This document shows, piece by piece, positions 50,615 to 61,830 of a stretch of 64,000 nucleotides of DNA. A program made the position numbers and the translations under genes. The number at the start of each line of letters is the position of its first letter. The stretch's first letter is position 1. The stretch comes from Octopus sinensis. Taxonomy: Eukaryota. The notes below the pieces were generated by a model, which ran no database searches, was not told where the DNA came from, and was given only the letters and a program-made list of their open reading frames with translations. The stretch lies in NCBI RefSeq assembly GCF_006345805.1, contig NC_042998.1, positions 20,646,001 through 20,710,000 on the forward strand. The letters are read 5' to 3'.

Positions 50615-51508
50615 TATACACAAGGTATGGTGAATATATTGTCATCTAAATTACACAAAAATGAAAATAACAATGTCATCTCATTTTAACAGATATATTT
50701 ACCAAAGTTATATAGAAATATCTTGAAATACTAAAAAGTAAATTTATTCAACAAAATCGGCATTGGTACCAACCACGGCCCCCAGAAGACTTCGGAATCT
50801 CCTGCAATTCTTCTGGACAGTCTCCTTGTTTAAGTTGATGAATGCTGCCATAATCCTTGCCTTCAGTTCATCTTTGGTGTTACAAGGAGTTTTATAGGTC
50901 TCTTGCTCAACTGTTCCCCCACACATAATAATCAAGAGGGTTGCAGTCTGGGGAGTCAGGTGGCCAGATGTTATGGGGTGATGTGGCCACAAAAATTGTC
51001 TGACAGCCATGACTGGGTCCTCCTGCTTGTGTAGCATGGTGCAGAGTCTTTTTGCTAGACATAGGGTCTTCCAGCAACCACCCTTTTGACCCAGGGCAGC
51101 ACTGCCTCCTCCAGGCACCTGATGTAGGCCTTTGTGTTGAGTCTGAGGTCATGTGGGAAGATGAATAGCAGCATAACATCGCCATCACTAGTAAACACTC
51201 CAAACATCATGATGTTGACTGGATGTTTGGTTTTTAACACTCTCGGTACATGTCCTCAGATTGCACTGTCCTTAGATTGACACCCAAACACTCTGAATTG
51301 TTTATATTGGAGCTTCCGGCATGAATGTCAAGCAGTACAGCATGTCATTTCCAAATTTCTGGCAGAGTGAATTGCATCATTGTGCAGTTTTTCTCGGAGA
51401 CAGTGCCCAACTGACCCTACTATACTGTGTAGTCAACAAAATCAAAAACAATGCACATGTGCAAAATTAAAAATATAAATGGCAACAATTTACCCATTGC
51501 ACCCTATA
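50615..51508 (-). mobile_element. Internally deleted maT-like (Tc1/mariner superfamily) transposon
   Basis: Broken frames encode KTKHPVNIMMFGVFTSDG, QQDSAPC and WPPDSPDCNPLDYYVWG; the N-terminal region lies near 51270-51400. Confidence 0.8.
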
Positions 51509-51778
51509 CATATATATCATCATCATCGTTTAACGTCCGTTCTCCATGCTAGTATGGGTTGGACGGTCCGACCGGAGATCTGGGAAGCCAGAAGGCTGCA
51601 CCAGGCTCCAGTCTGATCTGGCAGTGTTTCTACTGCTGGATGCCCTTCCTAACGCCAACCACTCCGTGAGTGGAGTAGGGGCTTTTTACGTGCCACCTGC
51701 ACAGGTGCCAGGCTAGGCTGGCAACAGCCATGATCGGATTGGTGCATTTTACATGCCACCGGCACAGAAGCCAGTCTA

Positions 51779-52886
51779 GGCGGCGCTGGCATCGGCCACG
51801 ATTCGGATAGTGCTTTTTATGTACCACCGGCACAGAAACCAGTCAAGGCGGCGCTGGCATCGGCCACAATTCGGATAGTGCTTTTTATGTACCACCGGCA
51901 CGGAAGCCAGTCAAGGCGGCGCTGGCATCGGCCACGATTCGGATAGTGCTTTTTATGTACCACCGGCACGGAAGCCAGTCAAGGCGGCGCTGGCATCGGC
52001 CACATTCGGATAGTGCTTTTTATGTACCACCGGCACGGAAGCCAGTCAAGGCGGCGCTGGCATCGGCCACGATTCGGATAGTGCTTTTTATGTACCACCG
52101 GCACGGAAGCCAGTCAAGGCGGCGCTGGCATCGGCCACAATTCGGATAGTGCTTTTTATGTACCACCGGCACGGAAGCCAGTCAAGGCGGCGCTGGCATC
52201 GGCCACGATTCGGATAGTGCTTTTTATGTACCACCGGCACGGAAGCCAGTCAAGGCGGCGCTGGCATCGGCCACAATTCGGATAGTGCTTTTTATGTACC
52301 ACCGGCACAGAAATCAGTCAAGGCGGCGCTGGCATCAGCCACAATTCGGATAGTGCTTTTTATGTACCACCGGCACGGAAGCCAGTCAAGGCGGCGCTGG
52401 CATCGGCCACAATTCGGATAGTGCTTTTTATGTACCACCGGCACGGAAGCCAGTCAAGGCGGCGCTGGCATCGGCCACGATTCGGATAGTACTTTTTATG
52501 TACCACGGCACGGAAGCCAGTCAAGGCGGCGCTGGCATCGGCCACGATTCGGATAGTGCTTTTTATGTACCACCGGCACGGAAGCCAGTCAAGGCGGCGC
52601 TGGCATCGGCCACAATTCGGATAGTGCTTTTTATGTACCACCGGCACAGAAATCAGTCAAGGCGGCGCTGGCATCAGCCACAATTCGGATAGTGCTTTTT
52701 ATGTACCACCGGCACGGAAGCCAGTCAAGGCGGCGCTGGCATCGGCCACGATTCGGATAGTGCTTTTTATGTACCACCGGCACGGAAGCCAGTCAAGGCG
52801 GCGCTGGCATCGGCCACAATTCGGATAGTGCTTTTTATGTACCACCGGCACAGAAGCCAGTCAAGGCGGCGCTGGCATCGGCCACA
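51779..52886. repeat. 68-bp tandem array (~16 copies) inside an RTE 3'-end element
   Basis: Unit GGCGGCGCTGGCATCGGCCAC(G/A)ATTCGGATAGTGCTTTTTATGTACCACCGGCACGGAAGCCAGTCAA; the host element starts with (CAT)n at 51517. Confidence 0.93.
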
Positions 52887-53046
52887 TTCAGATGGTGCTT
52901 TTTACATGCCACCGGCACATCAATAACGATTTTTTTGCCAACCTAATGTGGCAGTCCTATTTGGGGACGAATGCTATTGTTCAGTCCCAGGAGGCATCAT
53001 CTCCAGCTGGCAATACAACACATGATCTGTGTCCTTATATTTTCAA

Positions 53047-53104
<58 letters not shown>

Positions 53105-53118
53105 GTATGTGTGTATAT

Positions 53119-53212
<94 letters not shown>

Positions 53213-53515
53213 TTATGAGAGGTAATGGTGTCAATAAGACCCAAAGGTGTCAGGTAATGCTGAGTAAGTGCTATGGACAGACTATAGTTGACCTCCAGGT
53301 TCAGTGATTATGCGAATGACGAGTCCAACGTTGGTCATATATCAGCACATGTATATATAAAAAAAATTAACAGAATGGGATAAAAATCCAAGGCTGCGAA
53401 AGATTTCAGAACATTTATAAATAGAAGGTCTTACAGCTGTTTATATACACACACTCACACACACACGTGTGTGTGTGTATTATATGGTAAACGAACAAAG
53501 GTATATATGCTTGTG

Positions 53516-53747
53516 AAGGCGGCGAGCTGGCAGAAACGTTAGCACGCCGGGCGAAATTCTTAGCGGTATTTCCTCTGAGTTACATTGTGAGTTCAAATTC
53601 CGCCGAGGTCAACTTTGCCTTTCATCCTTTCGGGGTCGATAAATTAAGTACCAGTTATGCACTGGGGTCGATGTAATCGACTTAATACCTATGTCTGTCC
53701 TTGTTTGTCCCCTCTGTGTTTAGCCCCCTTGTGGGTAATAAAGAAAT
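53516..53747 (+). mobile_element. Young full-length family A SINE with a 17-bp TSD
   Basis: Flanked by AGGTATATATGCTTGTG at 53499-53515 and 53748-53764. Confidence 0.93.
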
Positions 53748-53901
53748 AGGTATATATGCTTGTGTGAAAATGTGCTAAGCGTATGCATCTATAAAATAGT
53801 CAGTAATGACAATGAAATACAAAGTATTGTAAAAGGTTTCCAGATCAATACAGGACCCTGCTGACAAACAAAATATATATGTAAAGAATAAGATTTTTCA
53901 C

Positions 53902-53963
53902 CTGAGATTTTACTTTGATATCCACATAATCCTTTAGCTTGTCCAGCAGGGGTTGCAGGTACA
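53902..53963 (-). CDS. PIGS: PIG-S coding exon
   Basis: TCTCAG/GTGAAA sites, 62 nt, phases 1 to 0; encodes LYLQPLLDKLKDYVDIKVKSQ (human YVQPFL...VDSQ). Confidence 0.93.
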
Positions 53964-54739
53964 CTGAGAACGAAATAAAACAGAAATATTAGAATTACCT
54001 GTTGTAGCAATATAAAGAGACACAATTAATTAAAGAATGTAATTTACCCCACTGATTTCTGGCCTTGTACTTGAGTCACAAATTATTGTTATATTGTTAT
54101 CGGTCAGGAAATTAACATGGGGATCAGACATCCAAACTAGATGTTTTACTATATCTTGGCGTTAGGAAGGGCATCCAGCCGTAGAAACATTGCCAGATCA
54201 GACTGGGCCTGGTGCAGCCTTCTGGCTTCCTAGACCCCAGTTTCACCGTCCAACCCATGCCAGCATGGAAAACGGATGCTAAACGATGATGATGATGATG
54301 ATGCCCGAGGGTCAGTGACTCAAACTTTGAATTCTGTTTTCATTTGTTGTTAAACACATGAGACGCTTGTTACACATATATGTTCCCCGTCTATGTGTCT
54401 GTGTACATACGGATAGGAAAATGTATGTATTGTGTGATAATTGTAAATGAGTAAATGGGTGTCACTATCATATAAGCAGTGTCATTTGTTTCCAATCTGC
54501 CATAAAAACATGTCTGGGCATGAGGAAATATTAGCTTCTTTGGACAAGGGTGAAGGTTGGTTCCAAGAAGGGCATCTGGCTATAGAAAATCTGCCTCAAT
54601 GAATTCTGTCTGAGCCAGGGAAGCATGAAAAAGTGAATGCTAAAGCAATGATGATGACATGTAAAACACAAAAAGTTCAGTGGTCTACAAGGGTCACAAG
54701 CACAGTCCCTTCCTATAAGCAAATCAATAAAAAAAATTT

Positions 54740-55092
54740 GCGTGATCGTTGCCAGAGCAGCCAACTGGCTTCCGTGCCAGTGGCACGTAAAAGGCACCAT
54801 TCGAGCGTGATCGTTACCAGCATCGCCTTACTGGCACCTGTGCTGGTGGCATGTGTAAAAAGATTCGAGCGAGGTCGTTGCCAGTACTGCCTGACTGGCC
54901 TCCGTGCCAGTGGCATGTAAAAAGCACCCACTACACTCTCGAAGTGGTTGGCATTAGGAAGGGCATCCAGCTGTAGAAACTCAGCCAGATCAAACTGGAG
55001 CCTGGTGCAGCCATCTGGTTCGCCAGCCCTCAGTCAAAATCGTCCAACCCATGCTAGCATGGAAAGCGGACGTTAAACGATGATGATGATGA
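54740..55092 (+). mobile_element. RTE LINE 3'-end fragment with (GAT)n tail
   Basis: Modules plus AGGAAGGGCATCCAGC...AAACGATGATGATG. Confidence 0.8.
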
Positions 55093-55371
55093 AGCTCCGG
55101 ACCAATAAGACTGCCTCTATTCAGTCGCTTGACCGGCTAGCAATAATAGCAAACTCTTCCATCAATTTAAGTAAGAAAAATATATATTGGGATTTGTAAT
55201 CAATTTAACCCTTTCATTACCAACCCGGCTGAAACCGGCTCTGGCTCTGTAGTACAAATGTCTTGTTTCCAAAAGTTCTGAATTTAAAATCTTCCACCAA
55301 ACCTTAGTCACAATTTATGTTCCTAACACTAGCTTAATGATAACTAAGTTATTTTACTTAATTCTTTGTTA

Positions 55372-58106
55372 TCATCATCATCATCATCATCATCGTTTAA
55401 CGTCCGTTTTCCGCGCTAGCACGGGTTGGACGGTTTGACCGGGGTCTGGGAAGCCAGGGGCCGCTCCAGGCTCCAGTCTGATTTGGCAGAGTTTCTACGG
55501 CTGGATGCCCTTCCTAACGCCAACCACTCCGTGAGTGGATTGGGTGCTTTTTACGTGCCACCTGCACAGGGGCCGGGGGGTCCGGCATTGGTCGCGATCG
55601 GTTCGAGCTTTTAACGTGCCAGCGGCACGGGGGCAACTGGGTCCGGGGTACTTTGGGGATCCGGGGTACTTTGGGGATCTGGGGTACTTTGGGGATCCGG
55701 GGTACTTTGAATGGGTAGGGGGTATGTGGAATTGCTGCAGAAAGCAGCCCGGGTCTTTGCAGTCACAGCATATCTCCAGAGATCTCGGTCTTTCGCCATT
55801 GCCTCAGTGAGGCCCAATGCTCTGAGGTCATGCTTGACTACCTCATCCCATGTCTTCCTGGGTCTACCTCTCCCCCTGATACCTTCAACTGTTTGGGAGT
55901 GGCACTTCTTCACACATCTCTCTTCATCCATCCGCAGCACATGACCATACCATCGCAAGCGTCGCTCTTGCACACCACATCTGATGCTTCTTATATCCAG
56001 CATTTCTCTTAGGATGCTTACACTCTGTCTTGCGTGCACACTGACACTACACATCCAGCGGATCATGCTAGCTTCATTTCTTTCAAGTCTACGCATGTCC
56101 TCTGCAGTCACTGCCCATGTTTCATTACCGTGAAGCATGGCAGTTCGCACACATGCATCATACAATCTACCTTTCGCTCTGAGGGAGAGACCTTTTGTTG
56201 CCAGTAGGGGTAGGAGCTTTCTGAACTTTGCCCAGGCTATTCGTATTCTAGTGGTGATACTCTCTGTGCATCCACCTCCGCTACTAACTTGGTCACCCAG
56301 GTAGCGGAAACTATCAACTACTTCTAGTTTCTCTCCCTGGAGTGTGATGGAATCTGTTTTCTGAGTGTCTGTTGTGTCTATTGTCCCTGTGCATCTGCCG
56401 CACATGAAAGCTATCTTATCTGTTAATTTCCCTTTAATGTTGCTGCATCTCTTATGTGTCCATAACTTACATTGGGTGCATCTTATGGAGTTTCTACCTG
56501 TACCTTTCCTACAGATTGAGCAGGGCCACCTACCCGAGGGGGTGTGTGCTGAGTACCTCTTGCTGCTTACTAATACTTTGGTCTTTGCTACATTTATTCT
56601 AAGGCCTTTTGATTCCAACCCTTGCTTCCACACCCGAAATTTCTCTTCTAGTTCCGGTAGTGATTCTGCTATGAGAGCTAGGTCATCGGCATAGAGGAGC
56701 TCCCAGGGGCATCCCGTTTTGAATTCCTCTGTTATTGCCTGAAGGACTATGATGAATAAAAGGGGACTGAGGGCTGAGCCCTGGTGCACACCTACTTCTA
56801 CCCGGAATTCTTCACTATATTCGTTGCCAATCCTAACCTTGCTGACAGCCTCTCTGTATAGAGCCTGTACAGCCCTTATTAGCCATTCTTCAATCTCCAG
56901 TTTCCGCATCGACCACCAGATGAGGGAACGGGGAACCCTGTCAAAGGCTTTCTCCAAGTCTACAAAAGCTATGTAGAGGGGTTTATCTTTAGCTAGGTAC
57001 TTCTCCTGCAGTTGTCGGACCAGGAATATAGCATCAGTGGTGCTTCTACCTGGTACAAAACCGAACTGCATTTCATCTAAACAAATTCTCTCCCTAATGA
57101 GATGGGTTATGACCTTCTCTGAGACCTTCATCACCTGGTCCAACAGTTTGATACCTCTGTAGTTATTTCTATCTAGAGCATCACCCTTACCCTTGTAGCA
57201 GTTGACTATGGTGCTGCTGCACCAGTCATTGGGTATGACTCCATTGTGAACTACCTGGTTTACAATGCGGGTGACTATGGTATAGCCCACATAGCCAGCT
57301 GTTTTAAGCATCTCAGCAGTGATTCCTGATAGGCCAGGGGCTTTGCCTGGTTTCATATCCTTAATTGCTTTATCTACAAGGGAGCTGTCTATTCGGGTAG
57401 CTGGTCCCTCTACTGGGTCAACATTTGGCAGGCTCTCCTCCTCCCATTCATTCTCCTCATTCAGCAGTCTTTCATAATGGCTTCTCCAAGCCTCTTTCTT
57501 TTCACTAGCAGTAAATGCAAGTGCCCCATCATCCATCCGGACACATTTCTCTCCTATAACATCACTATTTTCTCTGACACACTGTCTGGCAATCCGAAAT
57601 ACTTCAGCTCTTTGATCCTCGCGTCGCTGGACATTGGCAAACTTCTTCTTTTCTGCTACGTCTTTGGCTATGTATACCTGCCGCCCAGCCTCCCTTTTGG
57701 CTATCTGGTACAGTTCCCTGCTGCCCCCATCCTTCCAGGCTTTCCAGGCCGTCTCTTTTTACAGATGGCTTTATCTACTGCACTATTCCACCACCACGTA
57801 ATTCTAGGTCTGGAAGGGACTTTGCACCATCCACAGACTCGGTCTGTGGCACTCAGCAAGCTGTCCCGTAGGAATTCCCAGCTACCTTCTATGTCTGACG
57901 TCTGAAGCTCCTCCTCCCTCTCATCAAATTTCTTGATGAGTATGTCCCTAAATTTCTGACCATGTGAAGGGTTCTTTAGCCTCCAAATCCTTCTTTTCTG
58001 GATTGGTTTGTTTCTTGGAGTCCTTCTGGCCTCAAGCTTAAAGTCACTGATGATTAGTCTATGCTGAGGGATACATTCTTCACCCGGGAGGGTCTTTGTA
58101 TTCAAG
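55372..58106 (-). mobile_element. Young 5'-truncated RTE-clade LINE (end of endonuclease, RT, PHD-like finger, 3' UTR, (GAT)n tail)
   Basis: QHRL endonuclease end, one frameshift near 57750, then a 641-aa open frame with YKGKGD, QFGF..GRST.DAIF, FVDLEKAFD, GVHQGS.LSPLLF and LYADD. Confidence 0.97.
55611..57536 (-). CDS. RTE ORF2 reverse transcriptase (partial, element-encoded)
   Basis: ORF track 641 aa with non-LTR RT motifs and a Cys/His-rich insertion at about 56391-56525. Confidence 0.9.
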   Translation of the reverse strand: MDDGALAFTASEKKEAWRSHYERLLNEENEWEEESLPNVDPVEGPATRIDSSLVDKAIKDMKPGKAPGLSGITAEMLKTAGYVGYTIVTRIVNQVVHNGVIPNDWCSSTIVNCYKGKGDALDRNNYRGIKLLDQVMKVSEKVITHLIRERICLDEMQFGFVPGRSTTDAIFLVRQLQEKYLAKDKPLYIAFVDLEKAFDRVPRSLIWWSMRKLEIEEWLIRAVQALYREAVSKVRIGNEYSEEFRVEVGVHQGSALSPLLFIIVLQAITEEFKTGCPWELLYADDLALIAESLPELEEKFRVWKQGLESKGLRINVAKTKVLVSSKRYSAHTPSGRWPCSICRKGTGRNSIRCTQCKLWTHKRCSNIKGKLTDKIAFMCGRCTGTIDTTDTQKTDSITLQGEKLEVVDSFRYLGDQVSSGGGCTESITTRIRIAWAKFRKLLPLLATKGLSLRAKGRLYDACVRTAMLHGNETWAVTAEDMRRLERNEASMIRWMCSVSVHARQSVSILREMLDIRSIRCGVQERRLRWYGHVLRMDEERCVKKCHSQTVEGIRGRGRPRKTWDEVVKHDLRALGLTEAMAKDRDLWRYAVTAKTRAAFCSNSTYPLPIQSTPDPQSTPDPQSTPDPQSTPDPVAPVPLAR

Positions 58107-58440
58107 AGCAACCCTGCATATATAATATAATAGAAAGAAACACAAAGCATCTCAAAATAAATACGGTAATGAAATGGTTAAGTAAGGAAAATATATATTG
58201 GGTTTGGTAACTCTACATATAGCCCTATAAAGATGGGATGATCAGGATAGGAATACTTTTGATGATAGGACTGATCAATCAGTGCAGAAATAATGTTAAA
58301 CAACAACAATAATCTCCCAGCCAATTTACAAATTACATTCCGACTGAAATGTAATAACTGTAGGAATATTACCGATCTAGCAATCATTGTTTTCAGAAGA
58401 ATTTAGAAACGAATAGGACATTTTTATGTAACATAGAACA

Positions 58441-58881
58441 GGGATCTTTTCGGTTTCAACGGCAGTTTTTTCTAGCGGTGTCATATGAAATTGTCACCCA
58501 TAATTATGACCCTAGTATCGATCTATTGCATTTCAATCTATTTTAGGGTTAGGGTTAGAGTTAGGGTTGGTTAGGGTTAGGGGTGGGGGGAAGGGTATCT
58601 TTTTTTCTTCAGAAATGTAAATAAACCCAATCTGTTTCTTAAACAAAGGACATTTTCATATGGCACAGAATGTTTTCACTTCAATAGACGGTCATTGATT
58701 GGTTGAAACTGCAGAAATTGAAGAAAAAAAACAACAGATATCTTACAAACTATAGAATTTTCTCAATAAAGCCAAGAGAAAAAGTTGTTTTATAAACACA
58801 TTCTACCAGCATACGAAGTTTAAAAGTGTTTAGTTACGTGGAAATTATTTTAAAAAACTGCCGTTCAAACCGAGAAGATCC
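58441..58881. mobile_element. MITE with ~30-bp TIRs and an internal (TTAGGG)-like tract
   Basis: GGATCTTTTCGGTTTCAACGGCAGTTTTTT / AAAAAACTGCCGTTCAAACCGAGAAGATCC; an inverted, truncated second copy lies at about 59925-60335. Confidence 0.8.
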
Positions 58882-58982
58882 TAGAACAGTAATAATGATA
58901 TATAAATGACATACGAGCTTGAATTGGGAGCAACTGTGGTGGAGAAGTACATAATCGATTGAATATCCCCCTACATATTTCA

Positions 58983-59684
58983 TCTCTCTATATATATAAA
59001 GCTGAAGTTGTCTGTGTATGGTAGGTTTGGTAGCCTTCAACTAGCACTATCTCCTCCGAGACCTTGCTGCGCAAGTTGACCAAAATTGAGAGTATGATAG
59101 AAGAAGACTTGCTCTTCATTCCGTAGAAGAAAAAATTCAAATCGGATCATGTTAACACCAAAAATTATTTACATCAAAAAAGTGCTTTTTTTCTATGAAA
59201 ATTCTTATTTTTTACGATTCTTTGACTGCTGTGTCGCCATTTTTCTGTGTATTTCAACCAGAAAAATGTTCACTTAAAGAGAATAACAAGCTACTCTTTC
59301 TCTTTTACTCTTTTTACTTGTTTCAGTCATTTGACTGCGGCCATGCTGGAGCACCGCCTTTAATCGAGCAACCCAACCCTGAGACAAACACAGACACACA
59401 AACGCATATATACATATATATAGATATATACAACAGGCTTCTTTCAGTTTCCATCTACCAAATCCACTCACAAGGCTTTGGTCGGCCCGAGGCTATAGTA
59501 GAAGACACTTGCCCAAGGTGCCACGCAGTGGGACTGAACATGGAATCCGGAACCATGTGGTTGGTAAACAAGCTACTTACCACACAGCCACTCCTGCGCC
59601 TATAATGCAAAATTTTTACTTTTCAAAAATTCCAATTCTAAAGGGGTCGAAACAAACCCGAGCAACGCCGGGCGATACTGCTAG
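58983..59684 (+). mobile_element. Non-autonomous Helitron containing a family B SINE (59288-59600, -)
   Basis: A|TC 5' end, 3' hairpin CCCGAGCAACGCCGGG, and CTAG|T end. Confidence 0.78.
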
Positions 59685-60440
59685 TTTATTTATATATTTC
59701 ATTTTCTCGATGTCAATTCCTGTGAATTTGAATTCGCGATGTAAAGGGAGATAACTGCACATTACAAAGCATTATCGTCTGCTTCTCTTCCAATTTATAC
59801 CAGCGACCACCATTCACAAAATAATGAAGATTCATACATTGACACATTGTATCAATCTTGTAGAACAGTGTAGTACAGTTGACTGAATGCAATCCTGGTA
59901 CATTACTGGTATGGGATCAGCAAATTTTAAAATAATTTCTATGTAACTAAACAATTTTAAACTTCGTATACTGGTAGAATGTGTTTATAAAACATCTTTT
60001 TCTCTTGGCTTTCTTGAGAAAATTCTGTAGTTTGTTGGTTTTTTTTCTTCAATTTCAGCAATTTCAACCGGTCAATGATGTCTATTGAGGTGAAAACATT
60101 CTCTGCCGTAAACATTTTCAGGTGGTGTCATATGAAAATGTCCCTGCTATTTATGACATATTCGTTTAAGAAACAGATTGGGTTTATTTACATTTCTGAA
60201 GAAAAAAAAGATACCTTTCACCCCACCCCTAACCCTAATTAACCCTACTAACCCTAACCCTAAAACAGATTGAAATGCAATAGATCGATACTAGGGTCAT
60301 AATTATGGGTGACATTTTCATATGACACCGCCAAATTTTACACAGTTTTTTATTGCTTCACAAATGCAGCATGGAAGGTATTTATAAATCATTGAAAAAC
60401 ACACAAAAACCGTTAGATTCACTTCAACATTTAGATTCAA

Positions 60441-60736
60441 CTAGCAGTATCGCCCGGCGTTGCTCGGTTTTGTAAGGGAAATAACTATATAAGTATTTTT
60501 AGAGAGTTATAGCCAAAAAATAGCAAAAAAATGCATTAAAAATGAACAAAAATGGTGGTAAATTTTTTTTTAAATCGTTGACTCATTGTAGACGCGCGCT
60601 AATACCCAGAAGGGCTCGATATGAATCACGACTATAAGATACCCGGTTTTGGTTAAACTGCCCTGCAAAATGTGGGAGTAGTTAGGAATCTAAATCGTAG
60701 GAGACAGACACACAACTTGACTTTTATATATAAAGA
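60441..60736 (-). mobile_element. Non-autonomous Helitron inserted in a fold-back repeat
   Basis: On the - strand: A|TCTTTATATATAAAAG ... CCGAGCAACGCCGGGCGATACTGCTAG|T, with the same 3' end as the 58983-59684 copy. Confidence 0.8.
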
Positions 60737-61404
60737 TTTGTCAAAATATCTTCATCGCTTTGAGACCACGATCTGTTCACTGACAAAATTCCGTACTGTC
60801 AGTGAACGGGTCATGGTCTCAAAGTGACGAAAATATTTTGACAAATTAAATTTAAATGTTGAAATGAATCTAACGGTTTTTGTGTGTTTCTAAATGGCTT
60901 ATAAACACCTTCCATGCTGCAATTGTTTTTGTTTCAGCACACGATCTCAGATCAAGCCACTTGCTATGCAAGTTCATTGCTATAATTTATTGCTTCAGCT
61001 ATTCCAATAACAATAATGATTTCTTACATTGGCATGCAGCCACGAATTTATGTAAGAGAACAGGCAGCATGGATACACTCTGTCAGCCTCAGAGATGAAC
61101 TTTCTGTAGTTATTAACATGTAGGTGGGTGAGTATTCCTTAGACATACATAACCTTAATGCAGTTATCATACCAAATCAGCTGACAAAGCTGGACGATTG
61201 GATTACTGCACAATCCAAGGAGAGAAAATGAGAGACAGAGAGAGAAAGAGAGGTAAACCTAGTAGTGGACTGGTACCTTATATATAACACCCCAGGAGAT
61301 GAAAGGCAGGATTTCTACTCAAAAGACAGAGAAGTGGAACCAGTACAGTAAAGTGAAACCAATATGGTAAAGTAAAGTGTTCTAGTAATTATTCTACCAT
61401 CTTG

Positions 61405-61830
61405 CTACTCTCTCTTTCTCTTTTACTCTTTTACTTGTTTCAGTCATTTGACTGCGGCCATGCTGGAGCACCGCCTTTAATCGAGCAACTTGACCCCGGG
61501 ACTTATTCTTTTGTAAGCCCAGTACTTATTCTATCGGTCTCTTTTGCCAAACCGCTAAGTAATGGGGACATAAACACACCAGCATCGGTTGTCAAGCAAT
61601 GCTAGGGGGACAAATACAGACACACAAACACACAGACGCATATATATATATATATATACATATATACGACGGGCTTCTTTCAGTTTCCGTCTACCAAATC
61701 CACTCACAAGGCTTTGGTCGGCCCGAGGTTATAGTAGAAGACACTTGCCCAAGGTGCCACGCAGTGGGACTGAACCCGGAACCATGTGGTTGGTAAACAA
61801 GTTACTTACCACACAGCCACTCCTGCGCCT
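61405..61830 (-). mobile_element. Full-length family B SINE
   Basis: Closely matches the 47898-48297 copy on the opposite strand. Confidence 0.85.

Larger units (their letters stand above)
55205..58181. mobile_element. TTAA-type MITE split by the RTE insertion (halves ~55205-55371 and ~58110-58181)
   Basis: TIRs TTAACCCTTTCATTACC and GGTAATGAAATGGTTAA. Confidence 0.7.

Noticed and set aside
57477-57905. Antisense ORFs overlapping the RTE (also 55535-55944, 56365-56694 and 56749-56976) and the mariners
   Set aside because: Shadow ORFs on the opposite strand of genuine element coding sequence.
58544-58590. (TTAGGG)-like tract (mirror copy at about 60225-60262) as a telomere remnant or fusion
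   Set aside because: Short, degenerate and internal to a TIR-bounded MITE present twice in the window.
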